Virus record (IMG/VR): IMGVR_UViG_3300036770_008729
Coordinates: 62,001 to 126,000 of that record
Length of the DNA stretch: 64,000 nt
Reading direction: 5' to 3' (one strand)
The notes under the pieces are model-generated. The model ran no database searches and was not told where the DNA came from. It was given only the letters and a program-made list of their open reading frames with translations. The position numbers and the translations under genes are program-made. Below, in pieces: positions 47,430-55,363 of this stretch. Each line of letters begins with the position of its first letter. Within the stretch, counting starts at the first letter, position 1.

Positions 47430-48077
47430 ATGAAATACATTAAAACACAAGAAGAATTCAATGAAGGGTTCAATCTTAAAAAAGCACTAATCGGTGGTGC
47501 AATAGGGGCATCTATTGGTTTTTCCGCTTTACATCTTTCAGAAATTGATGGTAAAGCAAAAAAAGAAGATACTGAAATAGTATCTGGTCAGAAATTCGAT
47601 CAATTTGATGTTTATGTTAATAGTGAAGAATTTGATCTCAATATATCCGAAGATGGTGTAATAACTTCAGAATGGACTGAAGAACATGGTTCTGGTAAAA
47701 ACAGAACTACACATACTTATAGAGGAGCTACCGTTCCAAAAGGCACAACCGATATATGGGTCGAATCAAAATTCGCTGAAATAAATGGCAATGTATTTGT
47801 TAGCACTAAGCCTTTACAAAATGGCAATCATATTAGATTATCCGATTTAGATATAGAAGAACAAACTGCCACCTATACAATCTATAGTGGTGGTATGTTT
47901 GGTGACTTAGATTATATCATAGTTGATAATGGACATGTTGATGGTGAGGAATTCACAATTGATGGTAAGATAGGTAATTGGAGTTGTGATAAATTAGGAA
48001 GTCATATTTATAGTTTCACCTTTAAAAACTTTGGTGGAGGATCTGGTGGTGGTGCTGGAAGTGGAGGAAAATTTTAA
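47430..48077 (+). CDS. CTS-like protein with GxxxG hydrophobic helix and Gly-rich C-terminus
   Basis: MKYIKTQEEFNEG-FNLKKALIGGAIGASIGFSAL; ends FGGGSGGGAGSGGKF; start reassigned to 47430. Confidence 0.75.
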   Translation: MKYIKTQEEFNEGFNLKKALIGGAIGASIGFSALHLSEIDGKAKKEDTEIVSGQKFDQFDVYVNSEEFDLNISEDGVITSEWTEEHGSGKNRTTHTYRGATVPKGTTDIWVESKFAEINGNVFVSTKPLQNGNHIRLSDLDIEEQTATYTIYSGGMFGDLDYIIVDNGHVDGEEFTIDGKIGNWSCDKLGSHIYSFTFKNFGGGSGGGAGSGGKF

Positions 48078-48174
48078 AAACTTAACATTAGAAACTTAAC
48101 ATTAAGTTAATATAGAAAATTGAAATTTCCAAAGGTTTATCCTCAAATTTTAATTCATCTAAAATATATAAAGT

Positions 48175-49113
48175 ATGAAAATACTTTATGGAGTTCAACT
48201 CACAGGCAATGGGCATATCAGAAGGTCCTTACACCTTATAGAAAATCTAAGAGCAAAAGGATACAATGTAGATATACTTACATCCGGTGCTGGTAGTAAT
48301 TTAACAATTGAAGCAAAATGGAAATTTACAGGCCTCACTTTACAATACAATAACGGAAGTATTGATTGGATTAAAACTATACTCAAAGCAAAACCAATAC
48401 GACTTATAAAGGAAATTAAAAGTAAATTAGAACACTACGATTTAGTTATCTCTGATTTTGAACCAGTTTCTGCCTATTGGGCAAAATTAAATGGAGTTAA
48501 ATCTATATCAATATGTAATCAAAACTCTATAACCTTAACCGGAAATAACTTTGGAATATCTAAATGGTTTATTAAATGGTTTGCTAAATGTGATCATCTA
48601 ATTGGTTATGATTATCTACAAACTGAAAACATCTTTCAACCAATTTGTAACATATCACTCTTTGGTAGAAAAGAGAGTAAGAACATCTTAGTATACCTAC
48701 CTTATTTGAATAATAAAAAGATAGTAGATGTATTACAAAAAGTAGATTTAGATTGTATTATCTACACAAATCAAAAAGTAGATTCTTCTGGTAAAATACA
48801 AGTAAAAAAATGTAGTGAAGATTTCACAAAAGATCTATTGAGTTGTGTTAGCATTATTACTCATTCTGGATTTTCAACCACTTCAGAAGCCTTAATTTTA
48901 GGAAAAAAGATTTGGACTATACCAGTAAAAGGTCAATTAGAACAGGAACTTAATTGTAAGAAATTAAAATCCATGGGTGTTTATACAGAAGGTGAATTCA
49001 GATTATCAAACTTAAAGATATGGATTAATCAATGGAAATCAATTGAGTATAAATGGAAAGATCCTACTGATAGAGTTGTAAAAAAGATTATTGAAATATA
49101 TGAAAAAGATTAA
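48175..49113 (+). CDS. GT-B glycosyltransferase (MJ1255/VC2487-like)
   Basis: ILYGVQLTGNGHIRR, VISDFEP, HSGFSTTSEAL, PVKGQLEQELN. Confidence 0.85.
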   Translation: MKILYGVQLTGNGHIRRSLHLIENLRAKGYNVDILTSGAGSNLTIEAKWKFTGLTLQYNNGSIDWIKTILKAKPIRLIKEIKSKLEHYDLVISDFEPVSAYWAKLNGVKSISICNQNSITLTGNNFGISKWFIKWFAKCDHLIGYDYLQTENIFQPICNISLFGRKESKNILVYLPYLNNKKIVDVLQKVDLDCIIYTNQKVDSSGKIQVKKCSEDFTKDLLSCVSIITHSGFSTTSEALILGKKIWTIPVKGQLEQELNCKKLKSMGVYTEGEFRLSNLKIWINQWKSIEYKWKDPTDRVVKKIIEIYEKD

Positions 49114-49831
49114 AACACTTTTTATATCAGATGTTCATCTTGGAACTTCTAAGTCAAGAGCTGACTTACTTTTAGAAGTATTTAAGGAATGGGAATATGA
49201 AAACTTAGTTATTATTGGTGATTTTATAGACTTGACCGCACTTAAGAAGAAGTTTTTTTGGAAAGAAGACCATTCAACCGTAATACAAAAAGTTTTAAGG
49301 ATGTCGAGAAAAGATATTAAGGTAATTTACATTTTGGGAAATCACGACCACTATCTTAGAGGTCTGATTAAAGAACAAAACCTAAATATAGGTGATATAT
49401 TACTTTGTGATGAATACTATTATACAACTATAAAAGGTGAAAAAATTTATATTTGTCATGGTGACCAGTTTGATGGATTTATTAGAATGCATCCGTTTTT
49501 ATATGTTTTAGGAGATTGGGCTTATGAGTTATCATTTAAGATTAATAAGTGGTATAATAAGATTAGATTTATGTTTGGATTGGAGTATTGGTCGCTTTCT
49601 GCTTTCTTAAAGATGAAGGTAAAAAATGCAGTATCGTTTATTAATGATTTTAAGATACTTTCCATTAAGAAGTTAGAAGAGGTAAAGTGTGATTCTATAA
49701 TGATAGGTCATATTCATACACCCGCTATTGAAAGAGGAGAAAAGTCCTACTATAACACAGGGGATTTTTGCGAAAGTTGTTCGTATTTAGTTGAAACATT
49801 GGATGGTGAAATCCAGTTGAACTTTTGCTAA
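49100..49831 (+). CDS. calcineurin-like metallophosphoesterase (UDP-2,3-diacylglucosamine diphosphatase-like)
   Basis: ISDVHLG, GDFID, GNHD, HGDQFD, GHIH, NTGD. Confidence 0.88.
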   Translation: MKKIKTLFISDVHLGTSKSRADLLLEVFKEWEYENLVIIGDFIDLTALKKKFFWKEDHSTVIQKVLRMSRKDIKVIYILGNHDHYLRGLIKEQNLNIGDILLCDEYYYTTIKGEKIYICHGDQFDGFIRMHPFLYVLGDWAYELSFKINKWYNKIRFMFGLEYWSLSAFLKMKVKNAVSFINDFKILSIKKLEEVKCDSIMIGHIHTPAIERGEKSYYNTGDFCESCSYLVETLDGEIQLNFC

Positions 49832-49932
49832 TAAATTAGAACTTGAACAAAAACCATCAATACATCAAATTAACTCATCACAAAAATAATATTTATATTT
49901 TTAATACAACATATTATTCTTATATTTGTATT

Positions 49933-50209
49933 ATGGAAATATGTATGAAGAAAACTAAAGAAGAAATAGAGCATATATAAGTTTCAACTTGAAAATATAA
50001 TTGAAGCGTTAAGAATCACTTCTAACATACAAAATTGTAGTAAATTAGAAACATCACACGATAGACAAGTAAGGTCTGCTTTACAGTATGCTAAAAATGC
50101 TTTAAATGGAGATAAAGATATTGAAGTAAATTATATGACAGGAACAAACAAAAATAATATGGGAGGAGACGTAAGAACTTATGGTTTACCTTACTACATA
50201 AAGAAATAA
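49933..50209 (+). pseudogene. frameshifted small gene
   Basis: MEICMKKTKEEIEHI stops at 49978-49980; +1 frame continues YKFQLENIIEALRIT...YIKK; TATATTTG 4 nt upstream. Confidence 0.5.
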
Positions 50210-50227
50210 CAGATAAAGAGGATTAAT

Positions 50228-50389
50228 ATGAACCCACTCGACCTAATAGACGAACATCAAATCATAAGAGAAACAGTTGGATATGAGTTTCTAAAGGATG
50301 TTGAATTGGTAGACATTCCTGAAGTAATGAAGTTCTTAAAGATAGTTTACAATTATAAGAAACTAAAAACAATAGAAAGTAATGGATAG
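50228..50389 (+). CDS. 53 aa hypothetical protein
   Basis: MNPLDLIDEHQIIRETVGY...; stop overlaps next start. Confidence 0.5.
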   Translation: MNPLDLIDEHQIIRETVGYEFLKDVELVDIPEVMKFLKIVYNYKKLKTIESNG

Positions 50390-50576
50390 GCAAGAAGGAT
50401 ATTATTGGGTTAAATATAAAGGAAAATATAAAATAGCTAAATATTCTATTTTCAAATTATATGAAACTATTAAACCATTTTGGTTTATATGTTGTGACCC
50501 AACCTCGTATCAAGATTCAGATTTTGAACACATCAACGAAGTAAGAATTAAACAACCAGGCGAACTACCTGACTAG
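50382..50576 (+). CDS. small hypothetical protein
   Basis: RQEGYYWVKY motif. Confidence 0.6.
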   Translation: MDRQEGYYWVKYKGKYKIAKYSIFKLYETIKPFWFICCDPTSYQDSDFEHINEVRIKQPGELPD

Positions 50577-50620
50577 GCTTCCCAAACCCTTAAACGTATA
50601 TTTAATCAAATTAAAAAGAT

Positions 50621-50938
50621 ATGAGTAAAATAACACAACACAAATACAACGCTGATTTAGTTGTTCCAAGAGAAGAACCAAAAGCAAAATACACATTAAG
50701 AAGATTAAACGATGGTTTAACTAAAACAGGAAGCAGAATAAAATATATTGAATGGGATGAAAACACTAGCGAAGGTCAATCATCACATGACGACATAAAG
50801 GTGGGTCGATCCTTAATGTTAGAACCACGTATGCAATTCACTTGGCTAACAACTGCAATCACTGAAATAGTAGAGCAAAGAGAAGGATACATTAAGTTTC
50901 AAACAAAAAATTCAACTTATGTATTAACTGAATTGTAA
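50621..50938 (+). CDS. hypothetical protein
   Basis: 105 aa; TTAITEI...FQTKNSTY. Confidence 0.65.
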   Translation: MSKITQHKYNADLVVPREEPKAKYTLRRLNDGLTKTGSRIKYIEWDENTSEGQSSHDDIKVGRSLMLEPRMQFTWLTTAITEIVEQREGYIKFQTKNSTYVLTEL

Positions 50939-50947
50939 TTAAAAATT

Positions 50948-51166
50948 ATGGAAAAAAAATCAAAACATCCAGGAGACGTAGCAAAATGGATTGAAAAAGT
51001 AATCTATTCATGTACAAACGTAAGTCAATTACTAGTAGCAGAAAAACTAATTAGTAGATTTTTTATTTTACACGGATATTCTTCACCATATTCATTACAT
51101 TTAAAAATGGTTTCAGAAATGGCTTGGTGTAGATTATCAATACCGACTAAACAAGACAATGAGTAA
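50948..51166 (+). CDS. hypothetical protein
   Basis: 72 aa. Confidence 0.55.
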   Translation: MEKKSKHPGDVAKWIEKVIYSCTNVSQLLVAEKLISRFFILHGYSSPYSLHLKMVSEMAWCRLSIPTKQDNE

Positions 51167-51305
51167 AATTCCCATAAGCCTCATCCAATAGTTCTTGTTG
51201 TTCTTTGTTGTTCTTTGTTGTATTGTACAACATCGGTCATCATTAAATGAAAACAGTTGTACTTTTGCTAATATATAAACAAAATTTAAATATATTAATA
51301 TACCT

Positions 51306-52655
51306 ATGACTATGATGACTGAAAAATCTATTTCTGAGTTTCTCAGTAATGAATATAAGGATTTCGCCATGTATGTGGTCGAAGGACGTGCAATACCATC
51401 AAGTATTGACGGGTTCAAACCCACACAAAGAAAAATTATTCATGTTGCCAATCAAATCTGGAAAACCGGAAATGAAAAAACACTTAAAGTGTTTCAATTA
51501 AGTGGTAAGGTCGCCTCTGATTGTTTCTACCATCACGGCGATATGTCCTTATCAAATGCCATAATAAATATGGCTCAAAAGTTTAAGAACAACGCTCCCC
51601 TTTTAGAAGAAGAAGGTCAGTTTGGTTCTCTTAGGTCTCCACAACCTGGAGCTCCTCGTTATATCGGAACCAAACTAAATGATAACTTCCGTCTAATATA
51701 CAAAGACTTTGAGCTACTTCAATATAAAGAAGAAGAAGGAGAACAAATTGAACCTAAATATTTCTTACCTATTGTTCCTACCGTTTTATTAAACGGATCA
51801 TCTGGAATTGCAGTTGGATTTGCCTCAAACATCTTAAATAGAGATATAAAAAGTATTATTGATGCTTCTGTTAGAGTTCTTATGGGTAAAGAGCCAGGTG
51901 AAGTAAAACCACATTTAAATGGATTTTTAGGTGAGTTTATACAAGATACAGAAAATAATAAAAGATGGATTATTAGAGGTAAGTGTGAAAGAGTTAATAC
52001 TTCTACCGTGAGAATAACTGAACTTCCACCATCAACAACTTATGAAAAGTATGAAGAGGTTTTGGATAAATTGGTGGATGATAAAGTAATTGTTTCTTAT
52101 GATGATAACTGTAAGGATAATATAGATTATACAATCAAATTCACAAGAGTAGATTTAGAAAAGTTCGATGATGAGAAGTTGTTAAGAGTATTGAAGTTAG
52201 AGGAATCATCAACTGAGATTTACTCAACACTGGATGAGTTTGGTAAATTAAAAATATTTGATAATACAACAGACATTATTAAATACTTTGTTAATTTCAG
52301 ATTAACTTATTATCATAAGAGAAAGTCATTCTTATTAGAAAGAATGAATAAAGAATTAAAACTTCTTTCCAATCGAGGTAGATTTATTAAAGCGATTTTA
52401 GATGAGAAGCTAAAAGTTAATAATGTTGTAAAGTCAGAAATCGTAGCACAGATTGAATCTTTGAGTTTAGATAAGATAGATGATTCTTATGATTACTTAT
52501 TGAAAATGCCTATTTACTCTTTAACAAAAGAAGTATTTGAGAAGTTAAAAGAAGATTTCAAATTGAAAAAGGAAGAGATTACAAAGCTGGAAGCAACTGA
52601 TCCTAAGGATATGTATTTAGGAGATTTGGCGGAATTGAAAAAGAAGTATAAATAG
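51306..52655 (+). CDS. type II DNA topoisomerase breakage-reunion subunit (T4 gp52-like)
   Basis: RAIPSSIDGFKPTQRK, YHHGD, APRY (catalytic Tyr), LLNGSSGIAVGF, ITELP. Confidence 0.95.
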   Translation: MTMMTEKSISEFLSNEYKDFAMYVVEGRAIPSSIDGFKPTQRKIIHVANQIWKTGNEKTLKVFQLSGKVASDCFYHHGDMSLSNAIINMAQKFKNNAPLLEEEGQFGSLRSPQPGAPRYIGTKLNDNFRLIYKDFELLQYKEEEGEQIEPKYFLPIVPTVLLNGSSGIAVGFASNILNRDIKSIIDASVRVLMGKEPGEVKPHLNGFLGEFIQDTENNKRWIIRGKCERVNTSTVRITELPPSTTYEKYEEVLDKLVDDKVIVSYDDNCKDNIDYTIKFTRVDLEKFDDEKLLRVLKLEESSTEIYSTLDEFGKLKIFDNTTDIIKYFVNFRLTYYHKRKSFLLERMNKELKLLSNRGRFIKAILDEKLKVNNVVKSEIVAQIESLSLDKIDDSYDYLLKMPIYSLTKEVFEKLKEDFKLKKEEITKLEATDPKDMYLGDLAELKKKYK

Positions 52656-52718
52656 AGAAACCAGAAACTCTTAAATTTTTTCTATCTTTAATTCTAATTA
52701 ATTTAATATATTTGTACC

Positions 52719-53141
52719 ATGAAAAATCTATTCTTAGATGATATAAGAATTCCAAAAGATGCAATCGGCCTAGTTGATTCTAAATTAAATCAATTTTACT
52801 GGTCTCAAGATTGGTCTATTGTTAGAAGTTATGATGAATTCGTTCAATTTATTACCGAAAAAGGTTTGCCCGACTTTATATCATTTGACCACGACTTAGC
52901 AGACGACCACTATAACGACCTTTTTTCTGATAAAAATTGGGCAAAAAAAAATAGTGATATAAAATTAGACTACAATTCATATAAAGAAAAAACTGGATAC
53001 GAGTGTGCTAAATGGTTAGTAGATTGGTGTGTTGATAATGGATTGAAATTGCCAGATTATGTTGTTCATTCTGCTAATCCAGTTGGTAAGAGTAATATAA
53101 TTTCTTATTTAGAAAATGCTAAAAAGCATCTTTCATTATGA
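52719..53141 (+). CDS. cyclic-phosphate processing receiver-domain protein
   Basis: LFLDDIR.P, ISFDHDL, KTGYECAKWL, VHSANPVG; TATATTTG 4 nt upstream. Confidence 0.8.
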   Translation: MKNLFLDDIRIPKDAIGLVDSKLNQFYWSQDWSIVRSYDEFVQFITEKGLPDFISFDHDLADDHYNDLFSDKNWAKKNSDIKLDYNSYKEKTGYECAKWLVDWCVDNGLKLPDYVVHSANPVGKSNIISYLENAKKHLSL

Positions 53142-53156
53142 TAGACATAATTCATT

Positions 53157-53184
53157 AAAAACCTCCTTTTTAGGAGGCTTTTTT
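53157..53184 (+). terminator. intrinsic terminator
   Basis: cctcct-tttt-aggagg followed by T-run. Confidence 0.75.
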
Positions 53185-53209
53185 ATTTTATATCCTTATA
53201 TTTGTCATA

Positions 53210-53626
53210 ATGAATATAATTTTTACTGACATAGATGGTGTTCTTAATACGGTTAATAGAAATGATTGGAATAAAAATTCAATAGACCTATATAATAAAT
53301 TGTGCAAAGAATTTGACTTAAAGGCCGTTATATCTTCTACTTGGAGACTAAACCACACTAAGTCACAATTGCAAAATATATTCAATGAAAAAGGTGTAGA
53401 AGTGGAAATAATTGATTTTACAGATTCATTTCCGGATGAAGGTAGAGGAAGAGAAATTGAAGATTGGATTTTTAATAATTCTCATAGCAAATTCATCATA
53501 ATTGATGATAGTGTTAGAGATATAATTGCTTGGGGATTGCCAAATGTAGTTAGATGTAGAGGTTGGATTGGATTCTCACAAGAAGAATATGAATTGGCAA
53601 GAGAATTATTACTTAAAACTAACTAA
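53210..53626 (+). CDS. HAD-superfamily phosphatase (Swiss-Army-Knife RNA-repair-like)
   Basis: IFTDIDGVLN, ISSTWR, RGREI, IIIDD. Confidence 0.85.
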   Translation: MNIIFTDIDGVLNTVNRNDWNKNSIDLYNKLCKEFDLKAVISSTWRLNHTKSQLQNIFNEKGVEVEIIDFTDSFPDEGRGREIEDWIFNNSHSKFIIIDDSVRDIIAWGLPNVVRCRGWIGFSQEEYELARELLLKTN

Positions 53627-53628
53627 TT

Positions 53629-53796
53629 ATGAAAACAATTAAAATAAAAATACCAAAAGATAAAATACTTAAGATGAATAAAGCCGCGTCTAGACAAGCT
53701 CAAATAGAGCTCGGTATTCCACATCTAAGATCTACAATCTGTAAGTCTAAAAAAACTTATACCAGAAAAACTAAACACAAGGTACCGAAATTTTAA
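53629..53796 (+). CDS. 55 aa basic peptide, ArfA/BrfA-like candidate
   Basis: MKTIKIKIPKDKILKMNKAASRQAQIELGIPHLRSTICKSKKTYTRKTKHKVPKF; below track cutoff. Confidence 0.6.
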   Translation: MKTIKIKIPKDKILKMNKAASRQAQIELGIPHLRSTICKSKKTYTRKTKHKVPKF

Positions 53797-53826
53797 TTTC
53801 ATCTTGTGAATTTTAATATATAACTT

Positions 53827-54393
53827 ATGAAACATCTAAAAAACTATAAGTTATTTGAAAATTTAAATACACCTATCAGTATAGAACAATTCTTATCTGA
53901 AATCAATTTCCCTCAAGAATTAAGAACACAAGTAATAAACTGGTGGAATTTAAACAGAGGTGAATTTATAATTCATTGTTTTAATTTCTCATCACCTCAA
54001 CCAATAGCTGGTGTTTTTCTTGGTGTAGATGAAATTGCTATCAATAAAAGATTACCAATGCCACCTCATATTAAATTATTTTTAGCTCTTCATGAATCTG
54101 GACATTGTAATCAACACAGAGAAGGAAGATTTATGACTGGTTATTATGACACCGTAATTGCTGGTAACAAACCAGCCTTTTTACAAGCCTATATGGATCT
54201 TGAAAAAGAAGCTAATGACTATGCTTTTAATTCATTAAGAGAGATGGGATTAGAAAGATTGTATCAATTTGAGGAATCTAGATTAAGAGGAAATCAAAGA
54301 GCAGGTGAAATGGTTTGGTCAATGATGACTGCTGATATAGCGAGATTCAATCCTAATGATTTTATTGACCTTTTGAAAAAACAAATACTTTAA
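53827..54393 (+). CDS. HExxH zinc metallopeptidase-like protein with CTS-like N-terminus
   Basis: MKHLKNYKLFEN; ALHESGHCNQH; EKEANDYA; AATATATA (53815-53822) 4 nt upstream. Confidence 0.75.
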   Translation: MKHLKNYKLFENLNTPISIEQFLSEINFPQELRTQVINWWNLNRGEFIIHCFNFSSPQPIAGVFLGVDEIAINKRLPMPPHIKLFLALHESGHCNQHREGRFMTGYYDTVIAGNKPAFLQAYMDLEKEANDYAFNSLREMGLERLYQFEESRLRGNQRAGEMVWSMMTADIARFNPNDFIDLLKKQIL

Positions 54394-54428
54394 TACAAAG
54401 TATAATATATCAAAATAATTTAGTATAT

Positions 54429-54794
54429 TTGTATCCTGAAAGAATAATTTATCTCCATCCGTGGGAAGAAGTTTTCAAGTTTTCAAAGTATGATACTCAT
54501 ACAATGATTAGCTTTGTCACTTTAATTGCTAAAGACACTAAAGACGACTATTACTATTTCTACGATGATATAGATAAATTAGGTGACATTTCACGAATGC
54601 CTCTTTATATCAAAGAAGATTGGTTAAACTATAACAAAAAAGAATTAAACATCTCTGTATTAAATGTTTGTATAAAAGAGTGTAAAGATTTATTAGATAA
54701 CCCACCAACGATTGAAGATGAGCATGTATATCAACAACAATTCAATCTGCTAAACTCAATTAGAAGAGATTTAATCATAAAAGGAATAACATGA
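54429..54794 (+). CDS. hypothetical protein with RRDLIIKGI tail (start uncertain)
   Basis: Track start TTG lies inside a TATATTTG motif. Confidence 0.55.
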   Translation: MYPERIIYLHPWEEVFKFSKYDTHTMISFVTLIAKDTKDDYYYFYDDIDKLGDISRMPLYIKEDWLNYNKKELNISVLNVCIKECKDLLDNPPTIEDEHVYQQQFNLLNSIRRDLIIKGIT

Positions 54795-54949
54795 AACAAA
54801 AGAAAATAAACTTAGAAGATTTTGCACTTGTAGGAACCAAACATTGTGAGGCAAAATGTAAAAGAGAAGTTTTAGTGACAAAAGAAGGTCCAATTATTAT
54901 TTGTCACGGATGTAGTAGAATTGTCATAGACAATCGAAAAACACAGTAA
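54791..54949 (+). CDS. 52 aa zinc-ribbon-like protein
   Basis: HCEAKC...CHGC; ATGA overlap with previous gene. Confidence 0.55.
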   Translation: MKQKKINLEDFALVGTKHCEAKCKREVLVTKEGPIIICHGCSRIVIDNRKTQ

Positions 54950-55003
54950 TTTTACAAAAAACAAAAGTTGCAGCAGGATATATAAAAGAAAATATCTTAG
55001 AAT

Positions 55004-55363
55004 ATGAACTGCAAATTAATTTTTACCATAATTTTTCTAATCACTTCGATTGTTGTTAAGTCGCAAACATTCAATATCACTGATAGAAATGGTTATACCG
55101 ATGAAGTTATTGTCAAATACCAATCAGCTTTGAATGGTGCTGATTTAGAAAATTTCAGAGGAAAAACAATCACAAAAACATTCGAGTTTACAAACGGAAT
55201 AAAGTTCACTCTAATTTCTGCAAAAGAACTTTTCATTTCCGGAAAATCAATCGACTTAAATCTTTACAAAGATGAAAGACCAGAAAGTTACAGAGAGCCT
55301 GTTTTCTTTCTGACCGATACTGGTTACTTATTGGCTCAATATAAAAAATTAGAAAAACAATGA
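55004..55363 (+). CDS. secreted protein with signal peptide, coupled to T9SS cargo gene
   Basis: MNCKLIFTIIFLITSIVVKSQ; ATGA overlap with next gene. Confidence 0.7.
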   Translation: MNCKLIFTIIFLITSIVVKSQTFNITDRNGYTDEVIVKYQSALNGADLENFRGKTITKTFEFTNGIKFTLISAKELFISGKSIDLNLYKDERPESYREPVFFLTDTGYLLAQYKKLEKQ

